From Xylographa opegraphella (taxonomy: Eukaryota), in assembly GCA_022813865.1 (NCBI GenBank), contig JALDZX010000049.1, positions 1 through 64,000 on the forward strand: a stretch of DNA of 64,000 nt. The letters run 5' to 3'. The notes below the pieces were generated by a model, which saw nothing but the letters and a program-made list of their open reading frames with translations, was not told the origin of the DNA and searched no databases. Each line of letters opens with the position of its first letter. Position 1 is the first letter of the stretch. Made by a program: the position numbers and the translations under genes. Shown here piece after piece: positions 1 to 14,150 of the stretch.

Positions 1-760
1 AGACTATTAGACTGGAGCATTAAGACTGCATCGTGACTTCCTATCTACTCATTGACGAATCCAAACCAGATCCCTAATCGAGCTATACTAGTGAGAGGCA
101 GGATCGTAACAGGAGATTGTAACGAACGCCCACGAAGCCTTAATAAGGTTTCATTTAAAATATTTTAATAAGCCACGAGCCCCAGGCCTTGTCTTCGCAG
201 GTATTACGATCATAGGGAGGGAATAGTGTTATGGGGCAGACTAAGGCTCTCCTAACAGGCTGCTGAACCTAGCCCCTTTGAGCCTAGTAGCCGTATATTT
301 ATAAATACTTAATATAGTTTCGCGACTCGAGGACTTGCTTCCTCGTGTCTCGTTTTGTAAATCAATTTTAGTCCTTGATCTTGATCCTGAACCTCGAGCC
401 CTGACATAGGCAGTGCTACTGTGCTAGGGTGCAGAAAGAATGAATTTTAATTAAAGTACGAAAAATCTGCTTTTATAAATTAAACCCGATTAAAGTCGCT
501 AGTCTTCTTGAGTAAAACTTTATAATCATTAATACTTTATAATGAATAAACCCCTCAATTTGCAATTAAATTAATTCACAAAATTTAAAATATATATATA
601 ACGATAAAGAATAATTGAGCAAAACGGTTTAAAATAATATAAAACTTCAGTAAATATTTATAAAATTACATTTAAATTAAAATTGCAATAAAAAAATTAA
701 TATAAAAAAACTGGAATAATCTTGAATTTAATACGTACTTTACGTATATTTTAATAAATT

Positions 761-852
761 AAAAATATATGTTTATCGAAAATATAAAATCTTTAGTTCT
801 AAAATCAAAAATATATATTTATCGAAAATATAAAATGTTCAATTCTAAAATG
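761..852. repeat. Two diverged tandem copies of a ~46-bp AT-rich unit
   Basis: aaaaatatatgtttatcgaaaatataaaatctttagttctaaaatc followed by aaaaatatatatttatcgaaaatataaaatgttcaattctaaaatg. Confidence 0.75.
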
Positions 853-1146
853 AAAAATTCGAAGGTAATTTTTATAAAAAATTTTAATTCCATTTTGATT
901 AAATTAAACGATCTGAGTATAAATTATTTCGTATAATTTTATTTTATTTTATAATTGTAAACGGTTTACAATCGCGTAGTTTAAGTTTTTTATATATTTT
1001 TTACTATAAAAAATAAAGTATTCGAAGGTAATTGTTGAAAGGTACGATGGGTACGGAAGCGCAGTGGTCATTCTAGCAGAATATATGGGTAAACAAGTGT
1101 GTTGTATTAGCTATGAACAACTACGAGACTATATGCTCGCGCACTA

Positions 1147-1163
1147 NNNNNNNNNNNNNNNNN
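1147..1163. other. Assembly gap (17 N)
   Basis: Run of N in the sequence. Confidence 0.99.
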
Positions 1164-1974
1164 GCGGCCCGAGCTCTCGCTTAGCAGCTCTCGCTATCCT
1201 GCAGGCAGGCCGGGACTCTATTTCTAACAGTAATAATATTATTAATAATATTTTTATTATATTTTATAATTATATTTTTTTATACTATTCGTTTTTTTTT
1301 ACTTTTACACGATTTATCGCAATATTGCAAAAATAATTATAAATAATAAAATATATGTTAAATTTATATTAAAATAATTAATTAAAATAATTAATTACTT
1401 GGAAAGTTCGAAAAAAATAGCGAATATATTTAGAAAAATTTCTCTTAATAAATAACGAAAATAAGAAATATTATGTATACGTGCCAAGGCATTCAAGCGT
1501 TTTAACGTTATATACCCCTGTAAAGCTAGTAAATAGTACTTTGTGTAGCTTAGGTAAATCAATATTAAATAAACGAGACCTCCGTCTCTTATCACCACAC
1601 CACTCTACCGGAGCCGTTTCCGGCACTCAACTTGACATCCAGCCAACGCCAAAGGGCCGATTCGCTCTACAGCCAGAGGCTTTGTGAAAAGGATTGTCGC
1701 ACCAGCGATTGCAGCGATTGCTCAGAGCACTTGACGTGTGGTGCATATAGGGTCTGTTGCACTCACACCAGTAGGTCAAGCGACCCACCCCGGCCAAGCT
1801 GCAGGGCTACCTTGTGGTTGGCTGGATGACTTCCACGACCTGTATGCTGGCTCTCGAGGGCACTTAGGGAGGACATCGTCACACCGGTCCACGGGTATGC
1901 TGTCTCTTCGTGTCACTCCGCAAGTATGGTCGGAATCTAGAATATAAAGTGACTTTTGTGGGTCACCATGGCTT

Positions 1975-4775
1975 CTAGACCAGCCAAAAATCAATGTTCT
2001 CAGACTGCTCACGCAACCTCCGCGTCTCCTTCCATACCACATGAGCTCTCCAACATCGCTGCAGTACCACTGCAGCCCCAATGACCGTGTTCCGGGTGAC
2101 GACCACCTTCACACATTCGGATGCCAGGCCTGCCAGAACCCGCCGTTTCTTCGAAGCCCCAAGAAGTCGGGAACAGAGGAACGCGAGTGCAGCGATGGTG
2201 AAGTCCTCGCCGAAATGCCGGCCATCTCGAGCAATACAGCCAAACATCGATGCTGAGAGTGGTTAGCGAGCCTATCAATGACCGAGATTGCGCATCTCAA
2301 GATAGGTAATTCACCAAAGGACTGACTGCACCCGATTTCCTTCAGCTTCGTCTCCAGCGTCGTGTCTATCCCTAACCTGTCGCGCCATACAATGAACGGC
2401 TGATATTCGTCAACAATACATCGAACGACCTTCCCATCCGCGAAGCAAGTGGAAAGATTCCGCACTTGCAAGCCACGCTTGCGCGCTATTGCTTTCGCCC
2501 AGCTCAGGAGGAGTCGTCCATGATTGTTATTGCTCTCAAACTCAGTGATGTCGTATTCAGAGTCCGTGTCATTCTCAAAGGCATCTTGAGTCTCGAATCG
2601 ACGTATCTCATTCTTAACCTCGATCTTGTCCACCAATGCCTCCAAACCCCATTTTCCAACAAGTCCCCAGAGCAGAATCATTGTCTTTTCGCGGTGTCCG
2701 TCGACAACGTCTTCCGAGCGCACGTTCTTTATAATACTTGTGATGCCTCGCAAACCACTAAGAGCGCTCAGAACTATCTGGACATTGTATAATCTGCTTG
2801 CTTTCGTCTGGCATGGAAACTTTAGGTGTTGTGACAAAACACCAAAGCTACTGGTGCTGGCGAGAGAGGTTAGGACCTCGCCCGAGGGAACCGCAACTGT
2901 GATATCCTCATGCTGCTGCGTCAATCGAGAAGTAGGATACAACAGTATCTCCACCAGATGAGCTAACCGTATGCCATCACGTAGATCAACAGCGAGGTTC
3001 CCAACCATGTAATTATACTCTGACAACGGATTTTGTATGTGTGTGAGATGATAATCTAAATGGGCTAGGATGCGGCCAATATCGCCTCCATTTGGTACCA
3101 ATAAGCAAGTCAATTCTTTCAGTACCGCCGAGGAAGACTTATGGGCCGACGTCGTCCTAAACAGGTTGCTGCTTATGACCTTCCGGTTTTTGGCTATGTC
3201 CAGAAGAAGCACTAACATCAAACACCGCTGCAATGTGCGGCGCCAAAACCACGACGGTGCGTGCGGTGGAACTTGAATAGGCGGAGCACTATCTTCGTTA
3301 CGCAAGAGACATGCTTCGATGAAAGCTTCGAGATTATGTGCAACAATTTTGCTCCTAGAAATTTCCGAGGTTGGCAGGAATGGAGCCTCCCGTCCGACAA
3401 CAACTTCAGCAGCGCACCGGAGAAGCTCGATATTGTAGGTCTTCATCCACAGATCATTAAACCGTCGACGTATCCCAACATCATTCATCAACCGGCAGCA
3501 TTCCATCATACTATCTGTGGATGGTCTCAACGCTCCATAATTCAGTGATGCTTCCAGCCGTTCGTAAAGAAAGAGCATGGAGGATTCCTGGTACAATTGC
3601 ATCAAGTCATGTCTGAGGCTGTCGTTCTTGCACAAAGTATCCGTAATTTCGGTATCAGTCGTCTTGAAGAGGCCGTTTACAATTTGGGTTATTGCTGTCT
3701 CTTGATTGTTGAGCCAGTTTTCTTCGAACATTTGAGGATAGGAGATATCTTCATCGAGCAACGCATATGCGATGAGTGGCTTCCTTGATGTATTTACAAC
3801 TGGCTTGATAACCTTTTCAGCAACCTTTTTGGGGCAACAGTCGTTGACAGGCCACAAGTCTGCACTAATTGCACATCTCTTTCCCAATTGCTTCGAAATG
3901 TGTCCGTTAAGCCTATCCACACCTTCCCGAGGAACCGGACCTAATCGCAGGTTTTGTGCCACCAAAGACTGTCCAATAGGTACCGAGGACGACCACCGCG
4001 AACAAGCTAAGTTATCCCCGTTCGTGCTCTTCATGCTGCTCGCTTTCCGCATCAAAAGTACACCTCCAGGAGGAACGTTTTCCTTTCCGGTCTGTCTTCC
4101 AGGCATATCAGATATTGTGACTTTATTCTCTTGCAATCTTTGAAGCACTGACTGTAGCGGAGCACGTCTCGGAGCTGCTGCAAGCGATTGCCGTGCCTTT
4201 GTCCTTTGCGTTCGAACGAGATAATGAGCCAAGTCCTGCGTAATCAGCTCCGTCTGGCCATGATTAGTATAATGAGACCCAGGATGTATCGTCAGAATCG
4301 TCGTGTCTTCCGAAGGTACATAGATGGTACGTCTTCGTGGCTCCTTACGCAATGAACCCTTTCGTCCTTCTTTCACAGGTTTGTTCTGACGCCTGCAAAT
4401 CTGGACTTCCTCATTTCTTGGAGGAGCCATATCACGAGAACCGACCGGCGCACCGACCATCATATCCCGGCTGTGTGCAGCTGGAATACCCGTCTGCGTA
4501 AATTCATCGGTCGTTGTTTTTGACGCCAAGCTCAACGCTTCCCCACCAGTTTTGGTACATGAATAGCCCCCTCTCGCCTCATCGTCGAAGATCTGTATAG
4601 CCCCATTTCGCTTTGGAGGGTTCTTCCTTCGAGGCGCTGCTTGTTTGAACGCAGCTTGTAAATCACAAGTGAAGTCGACATTTCCCGCCGTTTCATTCCG
4701 GGCGGCTGCACGCGAAGGGTTCCGAGTGAATGATACGTGTACCGGGCATGGAGTCGTTTCTATCGATACAGGCAT
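1975..4775 (-). CDS. ASPM/Abnormal-spindle-like calponin-homology, IQ-motif calmodulin-binding protein (2 exons; intron ~2253-2314)
   Basis: CH-domain motifs NLAVDLRDGIRLAHLVEIL and DVVDGHREKTMILLW, plus a second CH-like segment LLLSWAKAIA..NLSTCFADG. GTGAAT..GCTAAC..CAG intron joins the last exon, which has IQ-like AAVVLQRCWRAH. Start taken at MPVSIETTPCP. Confidence 0.8.
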
Positions 4776-5662
4776 TATTGATGCAATAACACGAGCACCA
4801 CGCACCTCGAATGTATAACCAATATTCAAAATGCTCCTTGTCGCGTGCCGGGAAGTGCTTGTTTACGAAGATGCGAAAAGCATGCGCGTGTCGCTGGGCC
4901 AACAGATACATGATCACCACCAAACATCTCAACGTGGGAGCGAGCACTATCAATCATGTTTCTCTTCTTTCTCTCTCGGCCTGCATCAGTCCCCCTTCCC
5001 ATTAACTCTCCGCACCGAACCACCCTCGATATACTCTATAGTAAGACCGAGAGGCACATCAGCGGAAAATGCCCGCGACCGCGGAGACCGCCTCGAGCTC
5101 ATGACGCACGTCGTTTTTCTCCACCTGAAGATCCGGCATAGGACCCAATGGCTCGAGCTCTGTCAGTTGGTAATTATGGAGGTAATACGTGTGCAGGAAC
5201 GATGAAGCGATCTATGCTCTGGTGGCCTAACTATTATTACCCAGATAATATTGGTAGTCTACCTACTGTCAATAGCTACTTTTGTTCCCCATGCCTGTTT
5301 CGCTGTCACCCCTGAATCCACCAGCCAAGACTGGTGGTCGGAGTGAAACGAAACCGATTTCATTCTTCCCATGCACCATATGACCCCAGAATAATTACAA
5401 GCCTGAACCACATTCATCGACACAGACTTTGTATTTCTGTCACTAAATACAGACGCTATATAGCCTCGCTTCTCCCGACTCACCACGCTATCATGCAATA
5501 CTCACAACAATCGTACTTCGCTGCAATGGCACCTATGACCATCCTCCCGTTATCACAACCGCCTCCTTCCTTCCAACATAAAGACCCTCCATTCATACGC
5601 ACTCTTACCCCAAGCACAATCATACAAAAGGAGCATAAAAAGTCTTTCCGATTCCCCAATTC

Positions 5663-8600
5663 TCATTCCTGCAACAACTCCATGCTACCCGGGCCGAAAT
5701 CCTGACAATCCCTCATATCATCTAACACCTCTCTCAGCAAGGCTCTCATGCCGTCCACCACGCCCACGCGATTCCACTGCCCGCGCGTGCGCCAGAGCTC
5801 GCCCATCAGCGCACTGTACACCTGCTCCAGCTGCTCGACGGAGCAGGCGGTCGTCTCCTCGACCAGCTCATGATGGAATGCCTTTGCCGTGGTCTGGTTG
5901 ACAACCAGGGGCGGATGTGCGGGCGTGATGGGAGGGGATGCGTTGAGGAGGAAGGGAATGCCGCTTGGTTTGGAAAAGGGAGGAACCGGTGGGTGGGAAA
6001 CCTGCGAAGCGAGCTGGGATTGCGAGCTGTTGCTGTTGGACTTCTGGGTCGAACCTTGCGAGGAGGGATCACCTGTTGTGGAGATCAGTCTGAATTCGGG
6101 GGACATTTGGTTCGCGTAGGGCTGCATACCCTGGGTGTCGGGCAGCTGCGAGTGGGCTGAGGGTGGCCCAGGGATGATTGACAGATCGGGGCCTTCGATT
6201 CTGCCTTGGTGGGTGCTCTGCGTATTTAGCGCCCCTGACGATCCCGTCATGCGCTTGTCGGACGAGGTGGAAGAGGCATCGTTCGAGTACATGTTGGGGT
6301 TTGAGCCTTCAGCCATGGGTGTTATCGCGCTTCTTTGTGACAAGCTTCCGGGGTATGATAATCGTTGCTGGAGCGAAGCAGGGCCTCCGGTGTGGTAAGA
6401 CAAGGGACGAGTCTGAGCGGATGGACCCCAAGAGCTCTGTGTCTCACGATTCGTGGAGGTATCGTCGCTATTAGTCATGGGCAAATCATCTCCACGTGAT
6501 GGCACAGACGTTCCGTTGCTTTCATGATGGCCTTGCAGGTTACTAAGATCGGAGATGTTTCCAGACAGGCCATTTGTAAGTGTGCTCGGCAGCGATGGCC
6601 GCGAAGGCGTGACTGGATGGAGAATCCCGTTTGTGGTAACCTGCCCCAACACTATCGCACCTGACGAGTCTTCGGCAGATGTACTAAGACCTCCAGGCGG
6701 AACATTTGATAAGATGGGTTCTGGCTGCCGACCTTCAGCAGCCGCAGCTTGCTTAGCCTTTTCAACTTTCTCTTCTTCGCGTTTACGCTCTCGTACGTAA
6801 ACGGCTTCACACTCAGCGGCCAAGGCAGGGTTATCAGTCTCGATCATGCCGATGTCAACCTCGACATTTGCTTGCAGCTCATTAGCCTTCAGAAGTCGAT
6901 CAGCGTCACCGATCGCCTTGGCGTCCTTAGTCATCTTCTTGATATCCACCAAAAAGTCTTTCGGACGTTTGTAGTAGCCATTGGACAGCCGCTTCTCGAT
7001 TGTCACAATTTCCATATTGTAAAAGAATTTGCCTGACGCCTGGTCAACAAGACCAGGCTCACCAGAGTCATCAGTGCCTTTTTCAAATGGTCGGAACAGA
7101 GCTAAGCGGCGATCTTCTTGCGGAAGATCTGTACTGACGATGTTGGGGTCCTCTTCCTCGTACAGGTATCTGATTTGGCCCTCGTCAATTACACCGGTTC
7201 GAAACTTTTTGAACTTGAGGCGAATCTGTTCCATGATAGGTTGTATACGGAGCTTGAGAATATTTAGAGTTTGTCTGTCCTTTTTCTTCTGTGTTTTCAA
7301 TTCCTCTTTGGTAGGCGGTTCCGGTGCTTTTGGTGGAGGTAGGGGAACGATGCGTAGTGTTTCAAATACACGTTTCTTCCGATCTGCAGGATCCGGGAAA
7401 TCTTCTGGGGAGGTATTGAGATAATCAATAATGGGGATGAAGAACTCTTGACGAGCAGCCTGTTATTCTGTCAAATTATGACTCTCCCATCGGAAAAGAC
7501 CACTTACCCTGCCAGGCTTTTGAAGCTCGAACTGATTCCTTTTGGAGAAGCCAAAGAGCCTCTTTATCAAGTCCGTAACGTCGTCACAGTCATCGTCCGC
7601 CTCCTGACTTTCGAGCACTCCTAACAATAGTACAGGATCCGTCGGAGGTATCGACCTCAATAAGCCAAGGAATGTAGATATGACTTTCTCATCAAGTGTC
7701 TTGTACCATATATCGACATTGGGGATATAAATCACACTGGGCTTGTGTCTTCGAACTTCTGTAAACAATTGGACGACAGCGGCTTCGGCAGACTGTTTGA
7801 CATCAGAAAAGACAATAGTAATAGCTAATAGTCACGTACCCTTCCTGAATCACTCAGTAAAGTTGGGAGATCGAATGACTGCACGTGTAAGCCTTCGAAA
7901 TGATTGAGCAAAGCACCAGCGAGGTATTGTTGACCCATGCCAGTTACACCACGGAGCAGGAGTCTGGGCCGAAAAACACGAGAACGCTCGAACTCTAAAA
8001 GCATGAATTAACGCTCAGCGTTCAGCGAGTTCATAGAAACAGAGACCGACCTTGCTGCATCCGCTCTCTACTCATTCCGCCGTCACTTTCTGCATCTTCA
8101 TACTGGGCTTCCTCCAGGGCAGTAGCAAGCTTCTTTTGTGGCAAGACGTCAGCAAGCAAATTCTTGATGTCTGCAAGAGGTTCGCGCAGCAGCGGCTCAA
8201 TAGTTTTCGGCAAGGGAGCAGCCCCCGAAGAGGCCGCTCGTTCCGATGAAGGAATCATCTTCTTGATGGAAATCATGAAATCCTTCGGCGCGATGTTTAT
8301 AGTCTCTGGTTTTATTTCCAGCTTTTCATTTGACTTGTAGATTTGCGGATAGCGTCTCTGAACAGCATTCAATGCTGCTTCAGTGCATAAAGCTCGAAGA
8401 TCAGCACCACCATAACCTTTGGTTAAATCGGCCAAGTCATCCTTTAGGTAGTCAGGGACTGGAGGTTCCCAGCCTTTCGTATGAATATCAAGGATTTTTC
8501 GCCGACCTTCGATATTGGGCAGTGGAAAGTAGAATTCACGATCGAATCTACCGGGGCGCCGGAGAGCAGGGTCAATGGAATCTGGTCGGTTCGTAGCACC

Positions 8601-10977
8601 GATAACGATGACTTGACCACGACCGTCCATGCCGTCCATAAGTGCTAAGAGCGTAGACACAATGGACGCATGAATTTGCTCCTGTTTGCTTGATCTAACG
8701 GGCGCAAGACCTGGTTATTCATTAGCACACCGAAACACAGCTTAATGCCTCCAAAGTCCTACCATCGATTTCATCGAAGAAGATGATGCTGGGTTGCGTC
8801 TTGCGTGCTTCTTCGAACAACAATCGTAGCTGTCGCTCTGCTTCACCGACCCATTTACTCAAGGCATCGGCACCCTTTCGCATGTAGAATGTAACCTTGC
8901 GGCCTTGTGAGCTGACGCTGGATGCGAGTGCTCGAGCCAGCAGTGTTTTACCCGTGCCAGGCGGACCATGAAAAAGGACACCCCGAGGGGGGGTTACATG
9001 AAAGCGCTGGAAGACTTCTGGGTATAGGAGAGGCAATGCCACCATTTCCTTGAGGGAGTCGATATGTCCTTGCAATCCGCCGACATTGTCAAAGTTCACA
9101 TTCTGATCGACCCCCAATGGATCTGCATCGGCTAACATCGCCTTGTCTTTGATCCTACCAAGATTCGCCGGAGTCCCTGAAGATACCTGTAGTGCGTCGG
9201 CTCCATGCACCTGAGCTGGAGGGAAGAGCCCAAAGCCCGGAGGTGCGCCGGAAGTAGGCGTCATACCCACAACTCCACCGATTCCTGCCGTACGTGGGTG
9301 TTGCATGTTCTCGTCATCACTGCTGTCCGAGTCTACACCCCCTGCTGCACCAATTCCACCTGGTCCACAAAATACGGGAGGTGGCCCACCTGCACCCCCG
9401 AATGGACCATAGGTAGAGAACAGGCTTCTTTGCCAGGCACCAGCAGCTCCACGGCCTTTTTTTGAAGGCGTTGTCGCAGAGGGTGGCCCATCGTCTTCGA
9501 TTGGGATGTTTAGATCCGGACGGAGTATCCTATAATCAACGGGCTTCCGCTTTCTCCTTTGCGGTCTATCTTGGAAGTGGATATCTGCCCGGGCGGTGCG
9601 ATGTGGACGGCTACTCCGCAGATCTTCCAGCTCCTCGGCCAGTTCGTCGGCAACTTCGCTATCGTGCTCGTCTGATGCCACACCAGCACGACTGGTAGCA
9701 CCGACTTTTCCTAATCTCCTTGATTTTCGAGTGTTGCTGCTGTCGTCCTCGTCATTTTGCTGACTTGTCTTGCGTGGTGAGCTCTCGGAATCTGCAGAAT
9801 CGGATATATTTTCTTCGGCTCCTTCGTCAGGACCGGGTTCGAAATCACTACTCTCATCGTCACCACGCTTTTTACTTCTCTGAGAACCAATGTCCTGCCG
9901 TGGATTTACCGCCGAACGAAGAGCACGTCGCTGTGAGCGACCTTCCTGACGGCCAGCAGCGGTGACGGATTCGGCCTCGACGTGGGCAGACGCGCCTCCC
10001 CGATGAGTCCGCCGAGGTTTCTTAATAGGATCTTCATCTTCCTCATCTTCTAAAGCAGCATCGTCGCCAGACTCGGGAACAACGGCAGTCTCATCAATGT
10101 CCATAATCTCTGGGGGATTTCCTTCTGTTGTTTTCTGGTTGTCAGAATTCTCACGCATGTGACCATCCTCACTGTCTTCGTCAAAATCTTCACGGCTAGC
10201 AGCAACTTCGGTATCTATTGTCCGACTTCCTTGACCATGCGAATTGTCTTCAAGTTCGTCCTTTGTCGGAAAAAGTGGTTCATCTTCATCCTCGAATATC
10301 GCGCTAGCGGGTGGTCTCTTGAGACCCTTTCCACCCTTTAGAGCTCTCGCAGTTATACCCTCTGGACTTCTGGTTCCCGGCCGTACTATGTCGGCATGAT
10401 GTCCCGAATTTGTCAAGGCCACCATTGTTTCCGTGTCATCGTGAGCAATACGACTGCTCCTTCTCGCAACTGATAACAGGTCGGTATTGGGAGGTTTTCT
10501 GACGCTCACGCTTCCGCTTCTGGCTCTCGTAGAGCGCCTCGTAGATTGCCGCGGCCCCACCTTCAATTTCAGGATACGCGATTGTTGTTGTTTCTGCTTC
10601 TTTCTGGACGCTTCTTCTTCCGCAGCTGACTCGACGGTTTTAGCAAATTCCTCGCTATCTCCCTCGCTCTCCTTGTAGGCCACACGATTCTTGGCGGCTC
10701 GTCGTACCGGTCGACCTGTACGGCTATCTATTTCGGCTACCTCCGCTTCACTCGCGTCCTGATCGTCGGAGTCTTCCGCCAGGTCGCTTTCACTGATGTC
10801 TTCTGAGCCGTCTGGGCCGTACGTTGTTCGTTGCCGCTTGCGGACCGGCTTGGAACGATGGATTTTCGAGGATTTTGAGCCCCGGGGACGGGCAGCCGAG
10901 GCATCGTAGTCGGAATCGTCAGAGTCAGACTTGTTAGGATCAGAGTCTTTGAAAGTGCGCTTCGCACGGGCAGGCAT
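5663..10977 (-). CDS. YTA7: AAA+ ATPase with bromodomain (Yta7/ATAD2/Abo1), multi-exon
   Basis: Acidic disordered N-terminus. Walker A GPPGTGKT, FYMRKGADALSKWVGEAERQLR, Walker B IIFFDEIDG, ATNRPDSIDPALRRPGRFDREFYF. Degenerate second AAA domain and bromodomain-like IEKRLSNGYY region. GT-AG introns link the ORFs. Confidence 0.95.
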
Positions 10978-12229
10978 GATAGTGGCGAAAAGCGGTGCAG
11001 ATCGTTTACAGTTCGGCGGACTGGAAGACACAGCTTAGCATCACGCAAGTACTTGGCATTCCGCAAGACTTGATACCAACCGTAAGCAAACTCGACGGAT
11101 AGCTCTAGATGCTGGTGGGTAGCGTGTGCGGCGATAGCATCATGGTCTGATCGAGCGAGCAGTATTGATCACCGGCACTGGAAGGCCACGATTGTAAGCA
11201 AAGACCATTCGCAGAGCAGTACTTAGGATGTCCAGACACGGGACCTGGATAACCAAGAATGGGATGAATATCTCAAGGTAACATCTCGGCTCGCTTCAGG
11301 CCTGGAGGTGTTGTCTGTTTCGCGGAGGAGCACTTTCTTCGCGATCGAAAAGGGCTTAGCGTTTGAACTGCGTCGCGCCAATATATGCACGGTCGACACT
11401 TGGAACCGTGAATCGGACACTTCTCCACGAACGCTCCCATGACAACAGTTCTAGTAGGTAAGGTATACATCAATGCAGATTGTAGAGTCGTGCGGAAGAC
11501 CCCAGCGTGACGAGTGCTCATTCTCTGTACAGATGCGATGGGCGATGGACATTCGTGATCGCGGGCCACATGTTTCCTCTACTTTCTCACACAACGCTAA
11601 GCTTTCACAGGCCTGGTAATCGACAAGAACGACTAAGCCCATCATATGCGGCTCAAAAGTCTATCTGATCGTTGCCAGGGATGGCGGAGCTGTATGCTGT
11701 TCACGTGACCGCCGCTCGCTTCTTCGGCCCACTCAAATCCGCCCCCTTGGACGATCCTCAGGACTAAAAGGGTAAGGCATGCGTGCGTGCGTGTACCAGG
11801 AAGCATGGGCTGGTCTTCACCATTCCTCACGAGTGGATTGTCATTGCGTTCGTGTGGAGTAAACCTGTACGCTGGAGGAAAGGTCCGAGAGGCCGCTGTA
11901 CACATACACGAGGTCGTGACTCGTACGAACGGAGCTCGACCAGGAAAATCGTTTGGAGCCATGGTACGTACATTTGAGACAGTGGCAGATAAGTAGGTGG
12001 GAGACTACCTCAATTTGGCAACTGATGGCCGTGAGCCATCAAGAGTCCCAAAACACACCGGGCACGCCCGTGCTCTACCCTAAAAGCTCCTATGCCATTT
12101 TCGCTGAAAGTCGCTAAGCAGAAGACAACATCGAGACTCCTCGAGCTCTTGCGACCGCCATCATATGCGATGAGATGATTGCATGTACCGACGATGCTAT
12201 AGGTAAATGTGTGGCCCCTTCACATCTTG

Positions 12230-14150
12230 CTACCGTATCACTCCCCACCGCTCCATCTTACCCCCGTTCCCGTCGCCGCCTACGCTGTCTCGTTCCCGTT
12301 TGCCGAAGCACTTCCAGAATCGTAGCGTCTCGTCTCCCGCTCCGGTGACCACAGTCTGCCCGTCCGGGCTCATGGCAAGGTAGAGGACGCGGTAGGTGTG
12401 GCCCGTCAAACTTGCCACCTGTGTCATGCTTGGATACTTCCACACCACGATCTGGTTCTGGCTGTAGCCGTGCGTGCTCACGATCTCGTTGCTGTTCTTA
12501 CTCCACGCTAGGTTGCACACCTGAGAGCCAGTGTCGATCTCCTGAACCATGCTCCCCGTCGCCGTGTTCCAGAATTTGATCCTGCGGTCCGCCGTCCCGC
12601 CACCCGACGCAAGCAATGAATGTTGATGAGGTGACCAGGCAATGGCTTTGACGGCAGCTGTATGATCGCTGAATTTCCAGAGCGGCGTCTCCGATAGTTT
12701 ATCCCAAACCATGAGTTTGTTGTCATTCCCGCCCGATGCCAATTGCCCATCGTCCGTGTTCCAGCGTAACCCGCAGACCTCTTGCTTGTGGCCAACAAGC
12801 TTGCGCAGGAACTGATCAGGTTGTCGAACATCCCGGTGATAGATAAGACGATCGCGGGACCCAGAGGTGAGGATGTGATCATTCCAAGCCAAAGCCCCAA
12901 CCCTCGCCGTATGGCCGGTCATTGTCCGGAGACGACGACATCTTTCAGCATCCCATATCTGAACAAGGCCCTTGTTCGTACCTATTGCCAGATGTGACCC
13001 TCGCTGGATCCACGAAACTGATGTAACAATGTCGTCTGTAAGATCACACAGCCTCGTTACCCGGCCTGAAGTCGAATTCCACATGTATACACAAGACCCG
13101 AGCCCTACACCCAGAATATTGCTACTCCCCCAGTCTACCAGGTTGAGGTAGAAGTCATCGGCAAGATCTGGGGCATCCAAGACCTTGAAAGGTACTTTGC
13201 TAACTGCTCTCGGGACCTTCCGGGGGCTCAAGAGTAGTTTCTGGCTGTCAAACTTTACTGGAGAAAGGCTGTACAGATCTGACCTTACATTCAAGCTAGG
13301 CCCATGTCGTGATTGGGGCGTCCTGGACGGCGTTGGATGACCAGAGATGTTGACATGATGCCGCGGTGAATTGTAAGTGAAGAGATTTTTGTGGGGAGTG
13401 GAGGGCGTGAGACTCGCGGGAGGTATTGAAGAGGAAGACAGGATGCCGGGTGGGGTCCTCGATCTCGAGGGGTCGTAAAAGGTGGTAGAATGATTCGAGC
13501 CAGGCCCGTTGATATCTGGCGATAGAGTAGGTGGTGTAGGCTGCGGCATCGATGTATCGAAAAGCTCATTGCGAAGCACATTCGAGTACGTCCTGTTCGC
13601 TTCTTCCGCTATCACTCTGTCAGTCTCTGCTCCACTATTCAAATGGCTGCAAACTTTACTCTTCTGGAAATGAAGCTCCCCGTTCGCTGGGCGCCGCTTT
13701 GCTCTCGATGGTGTCGCCGGAGATACCTCGTCTGGTAGGAGACTGAAATTGGCTTGTAAATCTTGCCCGTTCCTGTCAGGAATGAACCTGAATTGTGAAT
13801 CCAATCAGCTCGCTGCATCCTACTAATCTCCATTCCGTAGAAGCCCCTAATCCCCAATCCAAAGCCCTTCCTTTTGCCGTGTGATGTAACAGCGAACCCT
13901 ACTCGAAAAGAATCACTGACCTGTCCGCGTATAACCTAGGCCGTTTCCTGCTAGGACTTCCGCTCGGGGTCACCTCTCTCGCCCTAGAATCATCCTTGAA
14001 CTCTTTCAGTCTATCGCTCAAAGCGACCGCATCTATAGCATCTGATCCTTCCGGTCGGTGACCATTGGAGTGATTTCCTTTTCCGATCGTGGCATAAGGT
14101 GGAGTCGAGGTATCGGGCGGCGAGACCAGCTTCGGAGGGTAGTGCTCCAT
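12230..14150 (-). CDS. CDH1: APC/C activator Cdh1/Srw1/Fzr1 (WD40); introns 13788-13920 and 13609-13659
   Basis: C-box DRFIPDR formed across the splice junction, KVLDAPDLADDFYLNLVDW, WD40 repeats, STHGYSQNQIVVWKYPSM, C-terminal IR tail. Confidence 0.93.

Larger units (their letters stand above)
1..1570. mobile_element. AT-rich degenerate repeat/transposon relic, probably RIP-mutated
   Basis: Very AT-rich and full of TpA from ~450 to 1570, unlike the balanced composition of the rest of the window. No credible ORF. LTR-like terminal motifs near the left end (gatcgtaaca ~102-111, tgtaacg ~118, tattacgatc ~202-211). Confidence 0.6.

Noticed and set aside
1064..1598. ORFs in the AT-rich block
   Set aside because: One spans the N gap; the I/Y/F/N-biased composition reflects AT richness
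2109..2314. C-terminal tail of the 906-aa ORF
   Set aside because: Read-through of an intron; the spliced frame ending at 1975 has the IQ motif and is preferred
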